Position numbers and translations under genes: made by a program | Notes under the pieces: generated by a model | Seen by the model: only the letters and a program-made list of their open reading frames with translations | What the model was told of the DNA's origin: nothing | Databases searched by the model: none | Shown: one piece after another, positions 19,602-28,845 of the stretch | Layout of the letters: every line of letters starts with the position of its first letter | How positions within the stretch are numbered: the stretch's first letter is position 1 | NCBI GenBank assembly: GCA_002506335.1 | Contig: DAXJ01000014.1 | Span: forward strand, 1 to 51,450 | Origin: Methanosaeta sp. UBA114 | Lineage (GTDB): Archaea > Halobacteriota > Methanosarcinia > Methanotrichales > Methanotrichaceae | DNA length: 51,450 nt | Direction of reading: 5' to 3'

Positions 19602-20470
19602 CATTCAATCTCAAGGCCAGAACGAGCAGCCCAGCGGCTACGAATGGACCGCACTATCTGTGACCACGGTTGGTTCCCTGCGGGCCTCGATACAGGGTTC
19701 AGCCCTTCTCATAGCTTTACCTCAAATACTGACCCTTCTCCAGGCGGATTTCCGGACCCTTATTTGGGTCCTTCTGGGCTATCTACTGCTAACCACTGCC
19801 CTAATGCCGGTGATTGGGCGATTGGCGGACATGTTCGGTAGGAAGAACCTCTATGGCTCCGGTTTTGCCGTCTTCACCTTAGGCTCCTTCCTCTCGGGCC
19901 TGTCCCAGCCCCAGTTCCACGGCAGGTACCTGGTGGGCTACCGCCTCGTCCGGGGAATAGGCGGATCCCTCCTATTCACCAACAGCGCAGCCATAGTCAC
20001 TGATGCCTTCAGAACGGGCAGGGTCGGACTGGGCCTGGTAGTGGGTGGCACACTGACCTCCTTCTCCTGGAGCTGGATCCTAATGGTCAACGTTCCCCTA
20101 GGCATATTCGGCACCCTGTGGGGCATGCGAAGGCTTAGGGGGCCGGTCTCCCTGCCTAAAGCCCAGCAGTTCGATTGGATGGGACTCCTCACCTTCACCC
20201 TTGGCCTAGGCTCACTCCTCCTGGTCGTATCCCTGATCGCCTTTCCTCTGATTGATACGGTCTACATCTACCTCCTCTTCGGCTTGGCCGTCCTGGGATT
20301 AGGAGCATTCTTCATAGTGGAGCTCGGGGTGAAGCAGCCCCTGCTTGACTTCAGGCTCTTTGAGGACAAGCTCTCCGCTTACGCATCTTTGGCCAGCGCA
20401 TGAACGGATTGGCCAGGGTGCAGTCCTCTTCATCCTCCTCTTTTTCCTCCAGGGGCCTGGCCACCGCCGG
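19602..20470 (+). pseudogene. Truncated DHA2/EmrB-like MFS transporter
   Basis: GRLADMFGRK and VNVPLG motifs. No ATG start, an apparent internal deletion, a frameshift near 20400 and no C-terminal half. Confidence 0.75.
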
Positions 20471-20524
20471 CCTCCTAGTCTCAGCCGTGGTGCCTCCTGG
20501 GCAGGGGATCGGCCTCGGGCTGGT

Positions 20525-20765
20525 CAGGGGGGGGTGATGGGAATTGAGCTCCTCAGGAGGCGGGGGCGCCCTTCATAGCAGCAGTGCCTGGCCACCCGGA
20601 GTACTACCCTCTCTTCGGCTTTTAGAAGGCTTCATTAAAGGGGTACGAAGCCAGCGAGAATGTGCCACTGACGAGGCTTTCATGGTTCTGATACTGGACC
20701 AAGTGACCATTGCAGGTGCAAATGGCACCGCTAGGTTCAGAGACGGGTCCGACGAGGTCGCGTAG
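20525..20765 (+). pseudogene. YhbS-like GNAT acetyltransferase fragment
   Basis: GHPEYYPLFGF* followed in another frame by DEAFMVLIL...GANGTARF. Confidence 0.6.
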
Positions 20766-20887
20766 TTCTTGCCACATGGTCGATCAAAAGGTCCGTTCTA
20801 AGACCGGCACTCCACGTCCGGACTTTTGCCCGATAGAAATTAATACCACCTCCTACAAGCTAAAGCCTACGAAAAAGGAGGATCACT

Positions 20888-20983
20888 ATGGGAGACGACG
20901 CTATAGCTATTGTACTGATCGTTCTGGGGTTTATGATAACCTTTATGCTGCCGATGTACGCCCTTGCAGCCATATTCATGTAA
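20888..20983 (+). CDS. 31-aa hydrophobic membrane peptide (not in ORF track)
   Basis: MGDDAIAIVLIVLGFMITFMLPMYALAAIFM*, with an AGGAGG RBS about 6 nt upstream. Confidence 0.55.
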   Translation: MGDDAIAIVLIVLGFMITFMLPMYALAAIFM

Positions 20984-21874
20984 GGCTTTACAGGGCAGTG
21001 ATATCTTTTTACTAAGGGCAAATTAGCTGATTGGTTTATTTTTTCCTACAGCTGGGGCTGTGGATGTATGGATGTAGCCGGCGGGAAGCTTAGAGTAGGG
21101 TAGATGGGGTTTGAGGCGTCGGTTAGACCTGTGCGTTACCCTCCTGCTGTATCTGGCATACTATGTATCGGTGATGGGCTGGGAGAACGACCTCTTGCCC
21201 CTCATATCCAGCTACGAGGATAGTGGGCATCAACGTAGACGACTTGATCTTCTTCCTGGCCACCCACGGTTTCGATGCCCACCCACACAAGTTCTATGTC
21301 ATAGTCAAATTCCCCGACGGAAAGGAGGTCAATCTCACCCCAACGGCGCCGAATCAAGGCTCATCGACCTGTGGATGAGCCCGCCTACTGGGTTTTTCAG
21401 GGCCCTTTAAGGCCCTGCCGGAAGGGGGCCATAATGGTGAATGTGACCTACGATCGCACCTCTGGGCATGTGCATGGACAGCTCCCAGCAGTTCGCTAAG
21501 GCCTATGAGCGCTTTGGTTATGATACGTTCTACCTCTTTGATCTGTCTTATCTGGAGGCTCACGCTAAGCTCATAGGTTATGCTGTTCTCCAAGGGCACG
21601 GTCTTTGTCAAGGTTGAGGATCTGGTTGAAAAAGCAAAGGCAGGTGTTTAGCTCACCATAACTCGCATCGTTAAGTTCATTTCGTGGTAGATCGTACAAT
21701 CAGCCATATAGAGAAGACTTAGCCTGATGATATCGTTTTTCTATCTAGCTCTGATGTTTCGATCCTGTGTTATCTTGATGGAAACCACCATCATGCGGTC
21801 TATTGGCTGAACTAAATACCTACAGGCAAAGAAATAAAATCTTCAATTTTGATTATTTTAGCGTAAGTCCCGGC

Positions 21875-22300
21875 CTAGATCCTAATCCTTATCCCAAAGA
21901 GCCGCTCGAACTTATCGTACTTGGCCCTGGCCCTGCAGAGGTTATTCCTGGGAACCTCCTCTCCACTCTCTGTGGCTTCCATGGCCTTGATCTCCCCCGG
22001 TGAGAAGACGACCTCCAGCTGCTCCCTGGACATCTCCGATATGCTCTGTTGGCCTGCACCTATCTCCAGGTCGGCATCCTCTAGCCATCTCCAGTCATCG
22101 GCATAGCTTATTAATACCGGGTGCCCGTGGCTGCACCTGGCCGCCAGGAGCCATCCTGAGCCCAACCTGAAATAGCCCAGGCTCTCCAGCTCCTGGCTAC
22201 ATTTGGCACAGAAGCCCACTGCACGCTTATCCCTGGATATGGCTTTCAGTTTTTTGCCATCGAAAAAAAGGTTCAGATCCAGGAGATTAAGCCTGTTCAT
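21875..22300 (-). CDS. Hypothetical protein, putative Zn-binding (CxxC)
   Basis: Overlaps the dapB stop; CAKC motif; C-terminal RARAKYDKFERLFG. Confidence 0.7.
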   Translation of the reverse strand: MNRLNLLDLNLFFDGKKLKAISRDKRAVGFCAKCSQELESLGYFRLGSGWLLAARCSHGHPVLISYADDWRWLEDADLEIGAGQQSISEMSREQLEVVFSPGEIKAMEATESGEEVPRNNLCRARAKYDKFERLFGIRIRI

Positions 22301-23066
22301 TTAGGACATCGGCCATGGTATAGATGCCTGGACGAGCGTTGGCTACCCATCCTGCTGCCTTAACGGCTCCCGTGGCAAGGGCGGTTCGGCTATGAGCCTG
22401 ATGCTTTATCTCCAGGCGCTCACCGGGTCCGGCGAAGAGGACGGTGTGATCCCCGATGATGTCCCCTGCCCGGATGGCGTGGACTCCTATCTCCTTTCCG
22501 CGAAGGGCCAGGCCCTTTCTGCCGTAGACTACCTCATCTTTGCCCAGGGTGGATTTCAGAGCGTCCAGGGCGGCCAGAGCTGTCCCGCTGGGAGCATCCT
22601 TCTTCTGGTTGTGATGGGCCTCTATGATCTCCACATCGTAATCCTGGAGGACCTCTGCAGCTATCGTTAAAAGCCTCCAGAAGAGGTTTACACCGAGGCT
22701 GTAGTTAGGGGAGATGACCGCGGCCACCTTGCCGTCGGCTATGGCCGTGTGCATCCTCCTCAGCTGCTCCTCCGAAAAGCCGGTGGTTCCAACCACCAGA
22801 TTGATACCAGATGCGGCTGCAATGCAGACGTTCTCAGTGGCAGCAGCCGCGGTGGTGAAGTCTATGAGGACATCCGGTTTGGTCTTGGCCAGGACCTCAG
22901 AGAGCTTGGAGGCATGGGATACGGCAACGCCTCCTGGCAGGACCTTTTCCTCGTCTGCCACGTCAAAGCCTGCTACCAGCTCCAGGTTACCCAATTTTCT
23001 TATCTCATCGATGATCTGGGTGCCCATGCGCCCATTGGCGCCGCAGATCGCAACCTTGGTGGTCAT
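22287..23066 (-). CDS. dapB: 4-hydroxy-tetrahydrodipicolinate reductase
   Basis: GANGRMG, IDFT, VGTTG and EAHHNQKKDAPSGTA motifs. Confidence 0.97.
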   Translation of the reverse strand: MTTKVAICGANGRMGTQIIDEIRKLGNLELVAGFDVADEEKVLPGGVAVSHASKLSEVLAKTKPDVLIDFTTAAAATENVCIAAASGINLVVGTTGFSEEQLRRMHTAIADGKVAAVISPNYSLGVNLFWRLLTIAAEVLQDYDVEIIEAHHNQKKDAPSGTALAALDALKSTLGKDEVVYGRKGLALRGKEIGVHAIRAGDIIGDHTVLFAGPGERLEIKHQAHSRTALATGAVKAAGWVANARPGIYTMADVLNEQA

Positions 23067-23938
23067 GGCCTTTCGCCAGATCTCTGCAGCTCGACCTGAA
23101 GAGCCTTCTCATTGTTCTCGGTCATGTCGGCCAAGGGGAGCCTGAGGGGACCGGCAGCCATGCCAAGGAGCCTGCTTGCGGTCTTCACCGGTATGGGGTT
23201 TGTCTCCAGGAACAGGGCTCTGGTCAGGGGTGCAAGCTCGAAGTGAATTTTTCTTGCCTCAGCCAGGTTTCCTTCAGCCATGGCCTTGACCATGCCCACA
23301 ATCTTCCTCGGGGCGACGTTGGCCACCACCGAAATCACGCCAGCGCCTCCCAGGGCCATGATGGGCAGGGTCAGGCCGTCGTCTCCGGAGAGAACGGTAA
23401 AGCCCGTTCCCTGGGTCTTCTCCAGGATCGATGATATCTGCCCCAGGCTCCCGCTGGCCTCTTTTACCGCCACTATGTTCTTCAATCCGGCCAGCTTAGC
23501 CACCAGGTCCGGCTTGAGGTCAATGCTCGTCCTCGTTGGGACGTTATAGAGAATGATGGGTATATCGCACCTCTCGGCTATGGCCTTGAAGTGCTCAAAC
23601 ATGCCCCTTTCATTGGGCTTGATGTAGTAAGGCGTTATCAGAAGAGCGGCAGCGGCTCCCACATCGGCTGCATGCCTAGTCAGCTCCAGGGCCTCAGCAG
23701 TGTTGTTGGATCCAGTTCCTGCAATCACCGGTACCTTGGAGCAGTCCACCGCCGCTTCCACGACCTTCTTGTGCTCGTCTAAGCTGAGGGTCGCCGACTC
23801 GCCGGTGGTGCCGCAGGGGACTATCCCTGCGATCCCGGTCTCCCCCAGGTACTCTATGTTTCTCCTCAGTCCCTCCTCATCCAGGCTTAAATCTCTCTCG
23901 AACGGTGTAATAATAGCAGGAAAGACGCCCTCAAACAT
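23063..23938 (-). CDS. dapA: 4-hydroxy-tetrahydrodipicolinate synthase
   Basis: CGTTGES, TPYY, YNVP, KEASG, SGDD and ETNPIPVK motifs. Confidence 0.97.
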   Translation of the reverse strand: MFEGVFPAIITPFERDLSLDEEGLRRNIEYLGETGIAGIVPCGTTGESATLSLDEHKKVVEAAVDCSKVPVIAGTGSNNTAEALELTRHAADVGAAAALLITPYYIKPNERGMFEHFKAIAERCDIPIILYNVPTRTSIDLKPDLVAKLAGLKNIVAVKEASGSLGQISSILEKTQGTGFTVLSGDDGLTLPIMALGGAGVISVVANVAPRKIVGMVKAMAEGNLAEARKIHFELAPLTRALFLETNPIPVKTASRLLGMAAGPLRLPLADMTENNEKALQVELQRSGERP

Positions 23939-24152
23939 CGGGCTCGACCTCTCCTCTTCTATGCTCAGTTTTTTGACGGTTGACTCGAGTTATATAGCCT
24001 GCTACGCGGTTGCGGATGGTCTTGTTCTTGATGTCGGTATATTCTGAAACTTTCAGCTTGTTTTGCTCGAAGTCCTTGTTAAAGGAATCCTCGTAGCCTC
24101 TCATCAGCTCATCAGCGAAATTCTTAATGTAACTGGGCTTGACGCTTCCCAT
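23931..24152 (-). CDS. rps17e: 30S ribosomal protein S17e
   Basis: MGSVKPSYIK...DFEQNK...RNRVAGYITR. Confidence 0.96.
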   Translation of the reverse strand: MGSVKPSYIKNFADELMRGYEDSFNKDFEQNKLKVSEYTDIKNKTIRNRVAGYITRVNRQKTEHRRGEVEPDV

Positions 24153-24178
24153 AATCTACTCTCCAGGTATATGTCGAT

Positions 24179-25462
24179 TCAGTCTGCTTGCAACAGCCTT
24201 TGATTTATAGTTAATGGGCCCCGGATTTTTGCCCCCGCCAGGACACACCTGGCCAGATGCAGGGCGCTACCGCCAAGAAGCATGGCCCTGGGCTCTTCTC
24301 CTCCCTGCACCTGGATGAGGATGGGTCCATGCCATAAGTTGGGACCTTTCGTGATCGCGGCAGAGCTCTCCTCCATGGCTTTCTTTAAGTTATCTGGGAT
24401 ATCCGGGCTTATGCTTAGAGCCGCCCTGATACTTGAGTCCCCTGCCACGGCGTCCAGGAGCGCCAGGGATGTGCTGCTTCTCCTGCCAAACCTAGCGCAG
24501 TTAAAGGAAAGATCTTCAGACAGAAGGACCTCGGCTGAGGCCACGTCTTCCAGGGACGATGCGCCCTCCAGTGCCATGCCTATGCTCATGCCCTTCTCAG
24601 GGGCCAAAATCGCTGCCTCCGGCACCTGGAGGATATCGGCAGCCTTCATGACCTCTGATAAGACCCTGAACCGCTCAGCCTCTTCCCTTAAAGCTCCGGC
24701 CTGATCCACGGGTCCCGGGCCGCGGCCGATCTTCGGGCTGTATCTGACAGCCGTGGCCGAGAATCTCTGGGCCTTCGTGGCGGCATCTCTCAGGGCCAAG
24801 CCCATGGCCAGAAAGGCGGTCAGTGCGGAGGAGTAGGTGCACCCAACGCCGTGGTTTCCTCCATGCTCTCTTCTTCCCCGGATGAGCTCCGGCGCCCCTC
24901 CCTGGAGGAGGAGGTCGGTGCAGTCCAGGTGGCCTCCTTTAACCACGGCCGCACCTGCTCCCATATCGAGGATGGCCCTGGCGGCCTCCTCTGCCGAGAC
25001 CAGATCCGTTACCTGGATGCCTGTAAGGTTTCTGGCCTCGAAGATGTTGGGGGTAATGATTCGAGCTATCGGTATTAGCCTATCCTTCAGGGCAGCCACG
25101 GCCTCCTGCGAGAAGAGCCTGCCGCCGGCCTCAGCCTTTATCACCGGATCCACTACCAGGTTTAACCCATACTTTTCAGAGGCATCCGCTACGGCATTAA
25201 CAACCCCTGCCGTGGGGAGCATGCCGGTCACTGCCCAGGATATCTCGAAGTCAGAGAGGACGGCATCCATCTGGGATAGGACTGCCCTCGATTCCATGGG
25301 AAAGACCTCCTTTACCCCGAGAGTGTTTTGGGCAGTTACTGCAGTAATAACGGAAGTCCCGTGAACCCCCAGGGCTGAGAAAGTTTTGAGGTCTGCCTGA
25401 ACTCCGGCCCCGCCTCCTGAGTCAGACCCGCCTATGGTCAAAACGACGGTACGTGCGTTCAT
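24179..25462 (-). CDS. thiD: Hydroxymethylpyrimidine/phosphomethylpyrimidine kinase with a divergent C-terminal ThiN-like domain
   Basis: GSDSGGGAGVQADLKT, DPV, TPNIFEA, KGGH and HGVGC motifs; C-terminal PE.GM.I..AL..A.S.EDVA segment. Confidence 0.9.
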   Translation of the reverse strand: MNARTVVLTIGGSDSGGGAGVQADLKTFSALGVHGTSVITAVTAQNTLGVKEVFPMESRAVLSQMDAVLSDFEISWAVTGMLPTAGVVNAVADASEKYGLNLVVDPVIKAEAGGRLFSQEAVAALKDRLIPIARIITPNIFEARNLTGIQVTDLVSAEEAARAILDMGAGAAVVKGGHLDCTDLLLQGGAPELIRGRREHGGNHGVGCTYSSALTAFLAMGLALRDAATKAQRFSATAVRYSPKIGRGPGPVDQAGALREEAERFRVLSEVMKAADILQVPEAAILAPEKGMSIGMALEGASSLEDVASAEVLLSEDLSFNCARFGRRSSTSLALLDAVAGDSSIRAALSISPDIPDNLKKAMEESSAAITKGPNLWHGPILIQVQGGEEPRAMLLGGSALHLARCVLAGAKIRGPLTINQRLLQAD

Positions 25463-25486
25463 GGTGGCTTTTATTTGAAAGCCGCT

Positions 25487-26038
25487 TTAAGATAGCTTCT
25501 TCTCTGCGGCACTGGTCATCTCCTCAGGCAGATTGTATTTGTTGGCTATCTGGAAGGCCTTTCTGTAGAGGCCTGACTCCATGTACTGCTCAAAGGCTTT
25601 AGTTGCAGCCTTGGTCCTCATCTCTTCGGGCAGATCGAAGTCATCGGCGATCTCTGCAGCGTTCTTGATCAGGCCAAAGCTCATACTCTTGTTGAATGCC
25701 TGGATGGCCGCAATCCTGACCTCTTCTTCAGGTAAACCGAACTCCCTGGCGTACTCTGCAGCGGTTTTGAACTGATCGCTGTCTATCTTCCTCTGGAAGG
25801 ACCTCATAGCGGCCTCGGCTATGAGGTTCGACGGCAGGCCGTAGGCCTTGGCCAGGTCTGCAGCCACGTAGAACTCGCCTGCGTCTATGTTCTTCCGATA
25901 GGCGTCTTTGACCGCGGCTTCTATCATGTCGTAGGGAAAGCTGTAGGCGCTCCTGATCCTGGCTGCTTCTCTGTAGGCACCTTCTCTCATCTTCTCTGAG
26001 AAGAGCCTAGCTCCTTCGGCTAAGCTAGTTTCTGGCAT
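25487..26038 (-). CDS. Alpha-helical tandem-repeat hypothetical protein (five 34-aa repeats)
   Basis: Repeat consensus AA..AF...M..G....AA..A..[YF].LP visible five times. Confidence 0.75.
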   Translation of the reverse strand: MPETSLAEGARLFSEKMREGAYREAARIRSAYSFPYDMIEAAVKDAYRKNIDAGEFYVAADLAKAYGLPSNLIAEAAMRSFQRKIDSDQFKTAAEYAREFGLPEEEVRIAAIQAFNKSMSFGLIKNAAEIADDFDLPEEMRTKAATKAFEQYMESGLYRKAFQIANKYNLPEEMTSAAEKKLS

Positions 26039-26122
26039 AATCTGACCTCAGTATGAACTTAGCACTAAAAGAATATAAACATAGATCTTAGCTACCCTTG
26101 ACCCTCGCTATAACCTTCAATC

Positions 26123-26578
26123 TTAGACCATGTCCTCTCTGCTGAGGCTGGCCACGAAGGCGTATTGGCTGGTGGTAGGAAGCATCCTTCTAAGCTCCCT
26201 GATGTCGGGCATGTAAATGATCACCTGCTTTTCCCAGGAGCGCTCCTTCTTGAGCAAGTTGGTGATAAGCTCCATCTCAGCCACGCCCTGGATCCTGGCT
26301 GCACCACTTCCCACATCAGGAGACATCTCTATAAGCAGGGGTAGCCGAAGCCTTGGCCACATGAACCTGGGCAGGTTATTGGATATGAGATCCAGCTCGC
26401 TTTTATCCATGACGTAGAACCTATTGTCCTTGCCCTTGATTCCTGGCCTATCTATCTCCAAAAGCTCAGACAAAGTCAAACGCCTGGCTGGAAGGTGCTG
26501 ATTCATCGTCTGTATGGTCTTTATCAGAACCTTTCTATCTCCAAAAGAAGCTCTTCCTTCTCCGAAAGAATCCATCAT
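26123..26578 (-). CDS. DUF61/UPF0216 family protein
   Basis: MNQHLP...TLSELL, RLPLLIE and RRMLPTTSQYAF motifs. Confidence 0.8.
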   Translation of the reverse strand: MMDSFGEGRASFGDRKVLIKTIQTMNQHLPARRLTLSELLEIDRPGIKGKDNRFYVMDKSELDLISNNLPRFMWPRLRLPLLIEMSPDVGSGAARIQGVAEMELITNLLKKERSWEKQVIIYMPDIRELRRMLPTTSQYAFVASLSREDMV

Positions 26579-26613
26579 CTAGCCTTTCTCTCCATGAGTC
26601 TTAAATCTAATCA

Positions 26614-27846
26614 TCATCCGTCGAGGTCAGCGAGGGTGTGCTGAAGCGCAGACTTCCTGATATTTAAGCATCTTCTGGCAGCCTGCTCCACCCTGTCCCT
26701 CTCTTCTGCCTTGGCGTAGATTCCAAACCTCCAGGTGGCCTGGTGGGCCTTCTCCAGCATGGCGACCAGAGGTGATATATCCCTCAGGGGCCTGGCGTTA
26801 CTGGTGTTGTTGCCGGCATCGCCGTAGTCTTTGGAATCGCCGGCCGTCAAAACCAGAAAATCGCCCTCTGGGGCATCTGGGAGTTGAGGGTTATCGACGA
26901 GGACGTACTCAGGGTCAACGCCCGCCTCCTCCGCCACCTCCATGGCTATACGCCTCTCCGCACCCTTGGGCCTGGACCCACCGATCTCCTCTAGACCCAC
27001 GTAAACAGCGCGCTTCAGAAGCTTCCTGGATTTTATCATTAAAGCCATCTCACCGGCATAGCCTCCAGCTTCGGCCATGGATGTAAAGAGTCTCATGTCA
27101 TCCATGGCCTTGATCTCCTCGGCCTTCCTTACTCCGTCATCTATCATACTTCTTATGCCCGCGGCCACCATGCTCTCCGAGATCCTGCTTACATGGTGGT
27201 AGTAGACCGAAGGGTGCATAAGGAGCCTGGATATGAGGAGGGAGGTGGCAGCCTGGGCGCCTCCTGAGTCTACCACCAGGTGGCTACCTTTGAGTCTCAT
27301 CCTCTGGAGAAGCCTGGGCAGATCTATCACACCGTAGGCTACGCCGGTATAGTGAGAGTCCCTCATGAGGTAGTCCATCCTGTCCACATCGATCTCGCTG
27401 CTGACCACCTGGCCTAAAGGTCCATCACCCTTGACCAGGGACTGTATTTCCTGGGGCAAGAGATCATGGGCATCCAGGACCTCCTTGATCTCCCCCTTCC
27501 TCAAGATATCCCCTATATCAGTATGCCCCTTTCTGAGGTACGATGAGAGGGCGACCTCGGTGGCATGGGAGAGAGGCCCGTGGCCCACATCATGGAGGAG
27601 GGCAGAGGTTTTCACCTTCTTCGTATCGGCTTTCTCTAGGCTCAGATGCTCTGCCAGAACCCCTGCCAGATGGTAGACCCCAAGGCTGTGCTCAAAGCGG
27701 GTATGGTTGGCGCCGGGATAGACCAGGTTGGCCAAGCCCAGCTGCTTTATCCAGCGCAGTCTCTGGACCTGGGGCGTGTCTATAAAGGCCTTGGCCATCT
27801 CATCCACCTTGACGTACCCATGGATGGGGTCTCTGATCTCCATCAT
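26614..27846 (-). CDS. HD-domain phosphohydrolase (dNTPase-like)
   Basis: DPIHG, QRLRWIKQLG, HTRFEHSLG, LLHDVGHGP and DVDRMDYLMRD motifs. Confidence 0.93.
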   Translation of the reverse strand: MMEIRDPIHGYVKVDEMAKAFIDTPQVQRLRWIKQLGLANLVYPGANHTRFEHSLGVYHLAGVLAEHLSLEKADTKKVKTSALLHDVGHGPLSHATEVALSSYLRKGHTDIGDILRKGEIKEVLDAHDLLPQEIQSLVKGDGPLGQVVSSEIDVDRMDYLMRDSHYTGVAYGVIDLPRLLQRMRLKGSHLVVDSGGAQAATSLLISRLLMHPSVYYHHVSRISESMVAAGIRSMIDDGVRKAEEIKAMDDMRLFTSMAEAGGYAGEMALMIKSRKLLKRAVYVGLEEIGGSRPKGAERRIAMEVAEEAGVDPEYVLVDNPQLPDAPEGDFLVLTAGDSKDYGDAGNNTSNARPLRDISPLVAMLEKAHQATWRFGIYAKAEERDRVEQAARRCLNIRKSALQHTLADLDG

Positions 27847-28009
27847 CAGGGCATCCGGACTCTTCTTCCTATTTAAAGGGCGCAGCCTGGGGTCTTCGAA
27901 ACCTCACTTAGACCCTCAAATTCGAGGATTAACGGCTAATCTTGAGAGGATTTGCTCTCCATCAGTCCATAACAAAAGGGAAATAGTAAGATAGATGATC
28001 ATCTGAACA

Positions 28010-28720
28010 GTGGATCTGGATATCTCAGAGCTGGAGCTCAAAGAGCCTCTTCCTGTGGTCGGGGCCGAGGACTTAAGAAAGAGTCTGGGACGCCTTCGGG
28101 AGAAGATTAAGGCAGCCCACGAAAGCTCCATAGATACCAAGAAGAGCTACGACCTTTACACCCTAGCCGTTGAGGATCTTTTGAGGGTGGACGTATCTGG
28201 ATGCATTTCGAGGCGTGCGGAGGCATCATGGGAGCTATCCCGGGCTGTAAGTATCGCCAAGGCCAGCTTTAGAGGAACGAGCATGCCAAGTGCTAGAACT
28301 CTTTCCTACTTCTCGAAGCTCTACGGCTTCTACGCCATAGCCTTTGGCATTGTCTCTACTGCCCTTTTTGACTTCCTTTTATTCTCTTATCCAAATGAGT
28401 CAGCCCTTGGAGTGCCCCTCTGGTCGGCCTTTTTTGCTGGAATGGGGTCTTCTATTCAGATATTGATAGGCGTTCTAAGGGACCTTCTTGATGATGGCCT
28501 GGTAACGGGGTATAGGCGGCCATGGTATATAGTGCTGCCATTCCTAGCGGCTATCTTCGGATACGTAGCTTACCTATTGCTGAGTAGCAGCACCTTCACC
28601 TTTGATATCTGCTCCCAAAAAGGCTCTATAGCTCTCATTTGCTTTGCTATAGGTTTTACAACCAATTGGATAGTAAGGGTGCTATCCAGGGCATTTGATG
28701 TAAAGGTTGCCAAAATATAG
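28010..28720 (+). CDS. Hypothetical membrane protein
   Basis: Soluble N-terminal half and about 4 TM segments. Confidence 0.7.
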   Translation: MDLDISELELKEPLPVVGAEDLRKSLGRLREKIKAAHESSIDTKKSYDLYTLAVEDLLRVDVSGCISRRAEASWELSRAVSIAKASFRGTSMPSARTLSYFSKLYGFYAIAFGIVSTALFDFLLFSYPNESALGVPLWSAFFAGMGSSIQILIGVLRDLLDDGLVTGYRRPWYIVLPFLAAIFGYVAYLLLSSSTFTFDICSQKGSIALICFAIGFTTNWIVRVLSRAFDVKVAKI

Positions 28721-28845
28721 AAGCATCTAACGCGTATCACTTCTATTGGGCATTAGAATTGGGTTTAAAGAAGCTGGTAAATTAAGAGAACGCAGGGATC
28801 AGGGGTATCCCAAGCCCCTGGTTCTCCGAGCTTCTAGTTTTAGAT

